From Dickeya solani IPO 2222 (GTDB taxonomy: Bacteria > Pseudomonadota > Gammaproteobacteria > Enterobacterales > Enterobacteriaceae): 32,000 nucleotides of DNA. The notes beneath the pieces were generated by a model. That model made no database searches. It was not told the DNA's origin and worked only from the letters and a program-made list of their open reading frames with translations. The stretch spans positions 2,010,001 to 2,042,000 of the forward strand of contig NZ_CP015137.1 in assembly GCF_001644705.1 (NCBI RefSeq). Direction: 5' to 3'. Made by a program: the position numbers and the translations under genes. Shown here piece after piece: positions 16,867-25,271 of this stretch (its first letter is position 1; each line of letters opens with the position of its first letter).

Positions 16867-17922
16867 TCAGCTTTTCGACGTTTCGGCCGGTTCGCCGCAG
16901 TCCGGGCAGTAGTGGTAGAAAGCGTTTTTACGCAACCCGCAGGACGGGCACGGCGACAGCAGCTGTAAACCACAGTGCATACAAAACGCCGGGGTAACGC
17001 CGTTGTGCAGGATCAACGGACGATCGCAGCTGGGGCATTGATTGCGCGCCAGCGACGTCAACGCTGCTTCGTAATGAATCGATTCTTTGCGTTCTTCCTG
17101 CGACGCCGCCTGCTCCTGTTTCTTGCGTTCCAGATACGCCTGCAACCAGCGCAGCAGCGCCCGCCCGCCGAAATAGGTCAGCACCACCCCGACGCCGTAG
17201 CGGATGTAGCCGCCGAAACTCGGCAGATACGGCACCAGTTCGACAAAGAAGCCGAACAGGGCAAACAGAATAAACCCCCACACAAACGGCCATTGGTTGC
17301 CCTTGCGGTAACGACGAAACAGCCATAACGCCGCCAGCAGCAGCGGGCCGACAAACGCCAGCCGGATGAAAAACGCCTGCAACTCCGCCTTACGCAGCGC
17401 CTCGCCATAGCGCGCGTCCGCGTCGCCGTACAACCGGCTGACCGCCAGCGTTATCGGCGCCAGTTGAAGCCGCAACTGCGTGTGCTGTTTTTGCAGATCG
17501 GCGAGTTGTCCGTCGAGTTGCTGCTGGAGCGCCAGCAGACGATCCAGCTCATGGTTGCGCTTGATCACCTCCGGGTTCTGGTCGGACAGCTCGGTGCTGC
17601 TGCGGGTGGCGCGCCAGTTGTCGAAGCTGGCCTTGGCTTTGGCGTAATCGTTAGTCGCCATCTCGCGCGCCTCCCGCTTGTCCGCCAGCGCGTTATCCAG
17701 CGTTTCCTGCGCGGCCTGAATCGGCGCCATGCGCGCTTTCTGGGCGTCCACCGCCGTCTGGTCGATAAAGCTGCTGTGCTCCGGCTCACGGGTCAACAAC
17801 GGCAGGTCTTCCAGCACCGCGGCGCTGATCATCACCAGAAAATAGGCGAACAGCAGCGCGACAGCCCACTGCCCCATTCGAATCAGCCGTTCCGGCCCGC
17901 GTAATGGTTTGAATGCTTGCAT
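16867..17922 (-). CDS. Membrane protein with long coiled-coil segment and C-terminal double zinc ribbon (function unknown)
   Basis: TM1 is WAVALLFAYFLVMISAAVL. A helical, charged region of about 140 aa follows (QLDGQLADLQKQHTQLRLQL), then about 3 TM helices, then four CxxC pairs: CPSC..CMHC..CPSC..CPDC. GAGGG precedes the ATG. The upstream gene ends 12 nt away. Confidence 0.6.
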   Translation of the reverse strand: MQAFKPLRGPERLIRMGQWAVALLFAYFLVMISAAVLEDLPLLTREPEHSSFIDQTAVDAQKARMAPIQAAQETLDNALADKREAREMATNDYAKAKASFDNWRATRSSTELSDQNPEVIKRNHELDRLLALQQQLDGQLADLQKQHTQLRLQLAPITLAVSRLYGDADARYGEALRKAELQAFFIRLAFVGPLLLAALWLFRRYRKGNQWPFVWGFILFALFGFFVELVPYLPSFGGYIRYGVGVVLTYFGGRALLRWLQAYLERKKQEQAASQEERKESIHYEAALTSLARNQCPSCDRPLILHNGVTPAFCMHCGLQLLSPCPSCGLRKNAFYHYCPDCGEPAETSKS

Positions 17923-17934
17923 GGTTCCCTCTTG

Positions 17935-18942
17935 TTATTTTCCGGATGGCGCGCTGGAGTGCGGCTGTCCGCCGGCAAAACGCAGGCGCGGCACCCAGCG
18001 TATATAGACCAGTTCCGCCAACAGCTCTACCAGCGTTTGCGTCACCACCACCGCCGGGATGACCGGCAACGCATCCGGTATCGCCAGCGCCAGCGGCAAA
18101 ATCACCAGCGCGTTGCGGGTAGCGCCGCTGAACACCAGCGCCCGCCCCGACGGCGCGGGCAGCGACCATAGCCTCGCCATCAGCCAGCTCAGCGCCGGCG
18201 CCAGCACGGCAAACAGCAGATAAACAGGCAACGCCTGCCGCACTGCGTCGGTCGCCAGCCCCAGCCGCGGCACCACAAACGCGATGATCAGCGCCAGTAC
18301 CAACGCGGTAGCCGGCACCGGCAACAGCCCGAGCCAGTTGGTCACCGCCGCGCCGACCGCATATCGCGCCGCCCAGCGCTGAACGACGGCGGCCAGCAAC
18401 AGCGGCAGCGCCATCAGGACGATGAACGCGTGCAGAAACGGCGCCATCCCGATGTCGACCGCCGTTGTTTGCGGCAACAGCAGCGGCAACCACAACGGCA
18501 GCAGCAACATCTGCAACACCAGCAATACCGGCGTCGCCGCCAGCAGTAAGCGGGAGTCCGCGCCGCCCTGATGCGAAAAGGTCACCACATAATCGACGCA
18601 GGGGCACAGCAGTACGATGGCGACGCCCACCGCCACCAGCGGTTCCAGCGGCCATAGACGCAGCAGTGACGCCACCAGCAGCGGTATCGCCACAAAATTC
18701 GTCGCCACCAACGCCAGCATAAAGCGCAGGTGGGTCAGCGCCGCCAGCAGACGGGACAGCGGCAATTGCAGAAAGGTAACGAACAACATTAGCGCCAGCG
18801 CGGGGTTAATCGCCGACGCCAGCGCGTCCGATGGCGGCCAGCGCCACGCCAGCACGGCGGCGACCAGCAGGGTCAGCAGATAAATGACGGTCTGGCGGCG
18901 TTCCAGCCAGCCGCTCCAGCGTGATAATAATGAGGTTGGCAT
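17935..18942 (-). CDS. ACR3/BASS-superfamily transporter (the type annotated as 'arsenic resistance protein' or bile acid:sodium symporter-like)
   Basis: 335 aa with about 10 predicted TM helices. The N-terminus LERRQTVIYLLTLLVAAVLAW...LMLFVTFLQLPLSRL matches my recollection of this family. No ArsR or ArsC gene is nearby. Confidence 0.55.
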   Translation of the reverse strand: MPTSLLSRWSGWLERRQTVIYLLTLLVAAVLAWRWPPSDALASAINPALALMLFVTFLQLPLSRLLAALTHLRFMLALVATNFVAIPLLVASLLRLWPLEPLVAVGVAIVLLCPCVDYVVTFSHQGGADSRLLLAATPVLLVLQMLLLPLWLPLLLPQTTAVDIGMAPFLHAFIVLMALPLLLAAVVQRWAARYAVGAAVTNWLGLLPVPATALVLALIIAFVVPRLGLATDAVRQALPVYLLFAVLAPALSWLMARLWSLPAPSGRALVFSGATRNALVILPLALAIPDALPVIPAVVVTQTLVELLAELVYIRWVPRLRFAGGQPHSSAPSGK

Positions 18943-19074
18943 CAGGCGTCGTTGATGTTTTTCGTCCGACAGGTGGCGCTGACTATGCCATTAATCACGG
19001 CGAGGCACCACCCGCCGCCAGGGGTTCCCTTTTTTCATTACCCGGTACGGTAACGCCGACAGCGCGCTCCGGCG

Positions 19075-20505
19075 TTATTTCGGCAGGCGCGCCACCGCTT
19101 CGCCCCAGGTGGTGAAGGTCTGGCAGGAGAAAATCGGGTGAGCACCGTTATACAGCGGGTTGATCAACCCGGCAAAGTCGCCACCCGGCGCGCGGATATC
19201 AATGCGGCACCACGGCCAGCTCGCCAGCGGCAGCGCAACGCTCACCTCGTCGCGCCCCAGCGCATGGCGCGAAATCACCGTTCCACCCGCCACGCACTCC
19301 GCGACGTAACCCGGCCGATCGTCTTCGATGGCGAGGGTCGCCTGAACCGTGCGCGCGCCGACATTCTGCCCCGGCAGGACGTCGCCGTCGTCGAACCGGA
19401 AACGCAGGCCGCACTGCCGGTCGATATACACCCGGCCTTGCCGCAAGCCATGCAAAATGGCGTCACCGCTCAGGCCGTGGGCAAACACCAGCGTCGTCGG
19501 ATCGCCGTACACCGAAGGTTGGGTGGCGCCGTCATAGCGTTCGTCCGGTCGCAGATGGCAATCGCTGCCGCCGACGGCGGCGATGCGCCAGCCGCCGTTC
19601 CACAACGTGCTCAGCAGCTGCAACGCCCGCTCGGTGGCGGCGGCCGACGTCGGCCAGGTCGGGTCGCAGCACACCTCCAGCGTGTTAATGCGCGCCAGCG
19701 GCATCGCCGCATACTGCCAGTGCCACGGCGGCATCATCGGATGGTTGATGCTGATGTTGCCGTCGCCCGTCACATTCAGCGACAGCCCCTGGCGGACCAG
19801 CGTTTCCGGCGCCATGTCCCCGTCTTCCGGCGTCAGCACCCGGCGCGGGCCGTGCACATTGAAGTGGCCGATATCGGTGGTCACCTCCAGCGCGGGCAGG
19901 AACAGGGTACGGCCTCCGGTCGGCAGCGCCGGGTGGCACAGGTTATGTTCGGTCAGGAACAGAAAATCAAGCTGCTGCTCTTGCGCCAGCGCCACCGCCG
20001 CCGCCAGGCTGTTGTGCCCGTCCGACAGCCGGGTGTGAGCGTGCAGGTCACCGCGATACCAGCGGGAAGCCGGTTCAAAGCAGGCGGAATAGTCGAAACA
20101 CACCTGATGATCGCCGCGCAGCGCCACCGTCAGCAGCATCTCATCCGGCGGCGGCAACGGCGGGTCGAACGCCACCGTGATCTGGTAATCCGCTTGCGTC
20201 GGATGACTGGCCTGCGCCGGAATGCTGCACAGCACCAGCCGCCACGCCCCCGCAGGCAGCGGTCCCGGTATGCCGCCCAACGGCAGCGCCCGCCGTGCGG
20301 CGATGGTTACCGACTTGGCGGCCGGCTCCATCAGCAGGTTGGCGCGCAGTTGCTGGCGGGCATCGTAGACAAACGCGTACAGGTAGCTTTTGTTGCGGTT
20401 GTGCGCGGTCAGGGTCAGGCAGTCGATCCCTTCCGGCACGGTAAACGCCACCTGCCCGCGGCCTGTCGTCAGGCAACCGGCAAGGGTCAGCTCCGGCTTA
20501 TTCAT
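19075..20505 (-). CDS. PHP-domain metallohydrolase (CehA/McbA-like) with N-terminal beta-rich domain
   Basis: PHP signature WYRGDLHAHTRLSDGHNS...FLFLTEHN...GGSDCH. Its ATG (20505) overlaps the upstream SBP stop (20498-20500) by 8 nt, so it is co-transcribed with the ABC genes. Confidence 0.8.
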   Translation of the reverse strand: MNKPELTLAGCLTTGRGQVAFTVPEGIDCLTLTAHNRNKSYLYAFVYDARQQLRANLLMEPAAKSVTIAARRALPLGGIPGPLPAGAWRLVLCSIPAQASHPTQADYQITVAFDPPLPPPDEMLLTVALRGDHQVCFDYSACFEPASRWYRGDLHAHTRLSDGHNSLAAAVALAQEQQLDFLFLTEHNLCHPALPTGGRTLFLPALEVTTDIGHFNVHGPRRVLTPEDGDMAPETLVRQGLSLNVTGDGNISINHPMMPPWHWQYAAMPLARINTLEVCCDPTWPTSAAATERALQLLSTLWNGGWRIAAVGGSDCHLRPDERYDGATQPSVYGDPTTLVFAHGLSGDAILHGLRQGRVYIDRQCGLRFRFDDGDVLPGQNVGARTVQATLAIEDDRPGYVAECVAGGTVISRHALGRDEVSVALPLASWPWCRIDIRAPGGDFAGLINPLYNGAHPIFSCQTFTTWGEAVARLPK

Positions 20506-21778
20506 TAATGCGGTCCAGCGCTTTCTGCGCTTTGCGGGCCGCCTCGGTTAATACCTGTTGCGCCGGTTTGTTTTCGATTTCCACCTGATCGGCGGCAACG
20601 GTCAGCGCGTCCAGAATTTTACCTTTGGTCGGGTCGATGAAATCCATGCTGGCGGATTTCGCCTGCTGCACCGGCACGGCAGCCTGCGGGTTAGCGGCGA
20701 CGTATTTCTGATAGTCCGCGTCCTGCAACACGCTTTCACGCACCGGAATATAGCCTGTGAACATCGACCAGCGTGCGGTATTGGCCGCATTGGTGTAGAA
20801 ACGCATAAAAGCAAAAGCGCCCTTCGCCGCCGCGTCCGGCGTGCCGGTGGGCATCACGAAAATCAGCGCGCCGGCCTGCGGCGCCGCCGGATGGTTGCCC
20901 CAGCCCGGCTGAGGCAACGCCGCCAACCGCTGGAAGTCGAGATCGCCCTGATCGCCGGACGAACCGGTATACCCCAGCGCCCGGTCTTTCATCACGTCAT
21001 CAATGGTTTTATACCAGTACTCCCAGCCCTGACCGCCGTGGTAGATACGCATGATGCGCTCTTCATGAATCCAGCGGCGGAAGCTGTCCCAGACTTCCAC
21101 CCACGCAGGCGAATCGATCAGCACTTTTTTGCCGTCTTCGCTGAGAATGCGCCCACCGTTGGACAGCGCCGCGTCAATCAGGTTGCCCGGCCCCCACATC
21201 GGCTCCCAGCCGTAATAGAGGGTGTTGCCGCCGGCGTCTTTTTGGGTGACCGTCGCCGCCACTTTCGCCAGCCCCTGCCAGGTTTTCAGGTCGTCCGGCG
21301 TAAAGCCATGCTGCGCCAGCACCGCCTTATTGTAGTAAAGCACCTGCGTGGTGCCGTAGGCGGGCAAACCGTAAACGCTACCGTCCGGCCGGGTGACCTG
21401 ACGGCGGAACGCGCCGATAAAATCGGTGAAATGGAAGCTGTCATCCATGTACGGGCGCAGGTCGCGCAGCAATTTGCGCTCCGCCAGCGCCGTTCCCTGC
21501 GAAGCGGTCAGCAGCGCGAACGCCGGGGCGTTTTGCGCCGCCATGCCGGCCTGCATTTTTTGCCAGGTTTCATCGTAATTCCCCTGCAACGCGCCTTTCA
21601 CCACGTATTGATCCTGACTACGGTTAAATTCGTCGATCAGCGTCAGCATCATCTTTTGCGGCTTGGTGCCGCCGGAATACCAGAAGTTCACCTCGGTGGC
21701 GGCCTGCGCCTGCGCGGTCAGCAGCAGCGCGCACAGCGCGCCGCCCACAGCTCGCAACCCTTTGCGTACGGTCATCAT
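20498..21778 (-). CDS. ABC transporter substrate-binding protein, UgpB-like
   Basis: Signal peptide MMTVRKGLRAVGGALCALLLTAQAQA. GNYDETWQKMQAGMAAQNAPA, VLYYNKAVLAQHGF....KTWQGLA and TGYIPVRESV parallel E. coli UgpB (GNYEQNL..GIAAFRTGNAPA, VLYYNKDAFKKAGL....KTWQDLA, TGYLPITKAA). The start overlaps the permease stop as TAATG. Confidence 0.8.
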   Translation of the reverse strand: MMTVRKGLRAVGGALCALLLTAQAQAATEVNFWYSGGTKPQKMMLTLIDEFNRSQDQYVVKGALQGNYDETWQKMQAGMAAQNAPAFALLTASQGTALAERKLLRDLRPYMDDSFHFTDFIGAFRRQVTRPDGSVYGLPAYGTTQVLYYNKAVLAQHGFTPDDLKTWQGLAKVAATVTQKDAGGNTLYYGWEPMWGPGNLIDAALSNGGRILSEDGKKVLIDSPAWVEVWDSFRRWIHEERIMRIYHGGQGWEYWYKTIDDVMKDRALGYTGSSGDQGDLDFQRLAALPQPGWGNHPAAPQAGALIFVMPTGTPDAAAKGAFAFMRFYTNAANTARWSMFTGYIPVRESVLQDADYQKYVAANPQAAVPVQQAKSASMDFIDPTKGKILDALTVAADQVEIENKPAQQVLTEAARKAQKALDRINE

Positions 21779-22719
21779 TATTCTTTCACTCCATTATCGG
21801 AAAAGCCGGACAGGATGATTCGTTGGCACAACAGGAATAAAAACAGCATCGGCATCACGACAATGGCGCTGGCCGCCATGATATTCGACCAGTTAAAGCC
21901 ATAGTCTCCCCCGGAAATAAAATACTGTCGGATGCCAATGGAAATTAAATTCAGCGACGGCGAGGTAATCACCAGACTGGGCCACATATAGCTGTTGTAA
22001 TTGGTGATGAAAATAAGCAGAAACAGCGTAGCCAGCACCGGTTTTATTTGCGGCAGCACAATGGTGCGTAGCAAAACCCATTCTCCGGCGCCGTCAATGC
22101 GCGCCGCTTCCATTAATGACGGATGAATTTTTTTCAGCGCCTGATGTAAATAAAACACCCCCATCGCACTTACCGCGTTGGAAAAAATCAGGCCGATATG
22201 GGTATCCAACAAATGCAATTTAGCCAGAATGATGTAACAGGGAATATAGGTCACCGCGCCGGGCAACATATAACAGGCCATCACCACGCCATACAGCAAA
22301 CGGCTGGTTTTACCGCGCCACTGCACGATGGCGTAGGCAAACAGCACGCTGTTGACCACCACCAACAGCGACGTCAGCAGCGCCACCGTCAGGCTGTTGT
22401 ACATGAATAGCCCGAAATGCGTCTCGCGCCATACCGCGGCGAACGAGGAAAAATCGGGATGCGACGGCAGCAGTTGCAGCGGGTGGCGGAAAATTTCGTC
22501 ATTGGTTTTCAGCGCGCCGGACAGCATCCACACAAACGGGAATACCATCAGCAGACCGGCCATCATCAACAGTAGATGTTTTAGCAACAGTAGATGTTTT
22601 AGCAACAGTAGATGTTTTAGCAACAGTAGATGTTTCAGCATCCCCCGTCCGCGAAAGGCCGGGCGACGGGCGGCAGTGAAAACAACCGGTTCGGCAAGCG
22701 CTATCGGTGACGACACCAT
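21778..22719 (-). CDS. ABC transporter permease (UgpE/MalG-type) carrying an in-frame N-terminal tandem repeat
   Basis: EAA loop MEAARIDGAGEWVLLRTIVLPQIKP. FPFVWMLSGALK is typical of this type. AAGGAG lies 7 nt before the ATG at 22719. Confidence 0.88.
   Translation of the reverse strand: MVSSPIALAEPVVFTAARRPAFRGRGMLKHLLLLKHLLLLKHLLLLKHLLLMMAGLLMVFPFVWMLSGALKTNDEIFRHPLQLLPSHPDFSSFAAVWRETHFGLFMYNSLTVALLTSLLVVVNSVLFAYAIVQWRGKTSRLLYGVVMACYMLPGAVTYIPCYIILAKLHLLDTHIGLIFSNAVSAMGVFYLHQALKKIHPSLMEAARIDGAGEWVLLRTIVLPQIKPVLATLFLLIFITNYNSYMWPSLVITSPSLNLISIGIRQYFISGGDYGFNWSNIMAASAIVVMPMLFLFLLCQRIILSGFSDNGVKE
22567..22638. repeat. 18-bp tandem repeat x4 inside the permease gene (encodes LKHLLL x4)
   Basis: caacagtagatgttttag at 22567, 22585 and 22603, and caacagtagatgtttcag at 22621. 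It is in frame on the minus strand. Confidence 0.95.
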
Positions 22720-22730
22720 CCCCGTGCTCC

Positions 22731-23639
22731 TTAAAAATAGACCCAGCGGCGGGCAATCAGGGTGTTGACCAGCGACAGCGAACCCGCCAGCAGCAGGATC
22801 ATTACCGCGGTGGCCGCCGCCGGCCCCACGCTGAACTGCTGAAACGCCTGCTGGTAAAACAGGTACATCAGCGTGCGGGTGCTGTTGCCGGGACCGCCCT
22901 GCGTCAGCATTTGAAATTGATCGAACGCCTGAACGGCATTCACCAGATTGACGATCAACAGGAAAAAGGTGGTGGGAGAAATCAGCGGTAAGGTGATGGT
23001 TAACAGGCGTCTGGCGCGGCTGCCGCCGTCCAGCCGTGCGGCTTCATATAACTCGGCGGGGATACGGTTGAGCGCGCTGATGAAGAACATCATCGTCCAG
23101 CCGATGCCTTGCCATACCGTGACGACGACTACCGCCAGCATGGCGCTGCCCGGCCGCTCCAGCCAGGGCACGCCCGCTACGCCGAACAGCCCGAGCAGTT
23201 GGTTCGCCAGCCCGGCGCGGGAATCGAACACCCATGACCACACCACGGAAACCGCCACCGTCGGGGTAATCCACGGAGAGAAGATCATCGCCTGATAACA
23301 GCGCTGCCCGCGACACTGGCGGTGCAACAACAGCGCAAATCCCAGCCCCAGCACCACCACCGGGACTACCACCGCGATGGCGAACGTCAGCGTGTTCACC
23401 AGCGCGCCGGCAAAATCGTCGCTCTGCAGCAAATCGCGATAATTATCCACACCGACGATATGATAGTCCGGCGAAATATAATCCCAGTCGGTAAGGCTGA
23501 TATAGAGGCTGCAAAAAAACGGAATCACCCAAAATAGCACTAACGGGATCAACAACGGGGCAATAAACCCGATGCCAATAAATCCTGAGCCACCAAACCC
23601 ACCGCGGTTAAATAGCGTCGGTATTTTATTGGCCTTCAT
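22731..23639 (-). CDS. ABC transporter permease (UgpA/MalF-type)
   Basis: EAA loop YEAARLDGGSRARRLLTITLPLISP. I take the ATG at 23639 with GGAG 5 nt upstream. The track start at 23675 is a TTG. Confidence 0.88.
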   Translation of the reverse strand: MKANKIPTLFNRGGFGGSGFIGIGFIAPLLIPLVLFWVIPFFCSLYISLTDWDYISPDYHIVGVDNYRDLLQSDDFAGALVNTLTFAIAVVVPVVVLGLGFALLLHRQCRGQRCYQAMIFSPWITPTVAVSVVWSWVFDSRAGLANQLLGLFGVAGVPWLERPGSAMLAVVVVTVWQGIGWTMMFFISALNRIPAELYEAARLDGGSRARRLLTITLPLISPTTFFLLIVNLVNAVQAFDQFQMLTQGGPGNSTRTLMYLFYQQAFQQFSVGPAAATAVMILLLAGSLSLVNTLIARRWVYF

Positions 23640-23769
23640 GACGTCTCCGTAAATCACACCCCGGTTAATCCGCAAAGCCTAAAAGCGCTCTGTGACAACT
23701 GGCCGGCAAAAAGAAGACAGTTTTATGATTCAGACTTTTCTTTTTTCATTTCACTGTGTTCAGAATGAA

Positions 23770-23785
23770 AGTGATACCGCTCACA
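23770..23785. promoter_or_regulatory. CRP-like site in the divergent ABC-operon/appA promoter region
   Basis: AGTGA-taccgc-TCACA matches 9 of 10 positions of the TGTGA-N6-TCACA consensus. Confidence 0.35.
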
Positions 23786-23939
23786 TCATTGCACGGCTCA
23801 AAAAGATATTTTCTCTTCAACAAACTTGCTTACAGATTGAAAAAAATCCCACGATTCTTACATAGAAAAACTATTCTTCCCGCTACCGCCATCGCTTAGC
23901 CTTGGCGGTAGCCAAAAGGCATGTACCCGAGGATCAATT

Positions 23940-25217
23940 ATGTTATTCACACGCAAGACCGTCGCCGGGCTGTTGCTGTCGGCGTTACCCTGGCTGGGCG
24001 CGCAGGCGGAAACTGCCCCGTCAAACTGGGCGCTGGAAAAAGTGATAGAGGTAAGTCGCCACGGCGTACGTCCGCCGACCGAAGGCAACGTCAAAACCAT
24101 TCAGGAAGGCACCGGACGCGACTGGCCGACCTGGCTGACCCATTACGGCGAACTGACCGGTCACGGTTATGCGGCAGCGGTACTAAAAGGACAGTACGAA
24201 GGGCAGTACCTGCGCCAGCACGGACTGCTGACCCACCATTGCCCGGCGTCCGACGACGTATTTGTCTGGGCCAGCCCGCTGCAACGCACGCAGGAAACCG
24301 CCATGGCGTTGATGGATGGCGTATTTCCCGGCTGCGGCGTTGTAATTCGCGGCCCGGAGAGTGAAGACAACGACCCGCTATTTCATGCCGAAACCGCCGG
24401 CGTACCGGTGGATCAGGAACAGGTGAAGGCCGATCTGCAAAACGAGATGCAGGGCAAAAGCGCCGGACAGATTCAGGCGGAGTGGCAACCGGCGATCGAT
24501 CGCCTGAAACAGGCGCTCTGCCTGCCGGATAAACCCTGCCCGGCGTTCAGCGCCAAATGGGAAGTAAAAGAGAGCAAAAAAGGGAATATCTCGCTGCAAG
24601 GTCCGGAGGCGCTGGCCAACATGGCGGAAACCATCCGGCTGGCCTACAGCAATAACAACCCGCTCGGTCAGGTGGCGTTCGGCAACGCCAGAACAGCCGC
24701 CGCGGTGGGCTCGCTGATGTCGCTGCTGACCGCCAACTACGATTTCACCAACGACCTGCCCTACGTGGCGCGGCGCGGCGGTTCGGTACTGATGAATCAG
24801 ATAGCCCTGGCGCTTAACCCGGAACATCAGGCGGACGCCCCACCCGACGCCAAATGGCTGCTGTACGTGGCGCACGATACCAACATCGCCAAACTGCGCG
24901 CCATGCTGGGCTTCACCTGGCAGATGGGCGACTACCCTCGCGGTAATATTCCGCCCGCAGGCAGCCTGATCTTCGAACGCTGGCGCAACCCGCAGGGCCA
25001 ACGCTTCGTGCGCATCTACTTCCAGGCGCAGTCGCTGGACCAGATTCGCGGGCTGACCGCGCTGGATAACGACCATCCGCCGCTGCGCAGCGAATTCTCG
25101 ATGGACGGCTGCCAGAAAACCGACGTCGGCACCCTGTGCCCGTACAACGCGGTGATGAAACGCCTCAACGGCTCGGTCGATCGCACCGCGCTGCTGCCGG
25201 TGCGCTACACGCTGTAA
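23940..25217 (+). CDS. appA: Periplasmic histidine acid phosphatase, AppA/phytase family
   Basis: Signal peptide, then the RHGVRPPT motif (RHGxRxP) and the HDTN motif. PPAGSLIFERWRN and C-terminal Cys residues are colinear with E. coli AppA. GAGGA lies 6 nt before the ATG. Confidence 0.85.
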   Translation: MLFTRKTVAGLLLSALPWLGAQAETAPSNWALEKVIEVSRHGVRPPTEGNVKTIQEGTGRDWPTWLTHYGELTGHGYAAAVLKGQYEGQYLRQHGLLTHHCPASDDVFVWASPLQRTQETAMALMDGVFPGCGVVIRGPESEDNDPLFHAETAGVPVDQEQVKADLQNEMQGKSAGQIQAEWQPAIDRLKQALCLPDKPCPAFSAKWEVKESKKGNISLQGPEALANMAETIRLAYSNNNPLGQVAFGNARTAAAVGSLMSLLTANYDFTNDLPYVARRGGSVLMNQIALALNPEHQADAPPDAKWLLYVAHDTNIAKLRAMLGFTWQMGDYPRGNIPPAGSLIFERWRNPQGQRFVRIYFQAQSLDQIRGLTALDNDHPPLRSEFSMDGCQKTDVGTLCPYNAVMKRLNGSVDRTALLPVRYTL

Positions 25218-25247
25218 TTACCCGTCATACCAGGGTATACATTGCCG

Positions 25248-25271
25248 TCACGGGCGGGGTTCCGCCCGTGA
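25248..25271. terminator. Hairpin between convergent appA and MFS genes (possible terminator, no U-tract)
   Basis: Perfect 10-bp stem tcacgggcgg/ccgcccgtga with a 4-nt loop, directly abutting the MFS stop codon. Confidence 0.4.

Noticed and set aside
17786-18655. 289-aa Ala/Gly/Arg-rich ORF on the minus strand, out of frame within the ACR3-like gene and spanning into the next gene
   Set aside because: It is an alternative frame of a hydrophobic membrane-protein gene. It crosses the gene boundary at 17922-17935 and has a low-complexity composition.
19138-21904. Two very long plus-strand ORFs (456 aa and 448 aa) covering the PHP hydrolase and SBP genes
   Set aside because: They are shadow ORFs antisense to genes with clear family motifs and signal peptides. 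The products are Arg-rich nonsense-like sequences, and one starts at a TTG. This is a GC-bias artefact.
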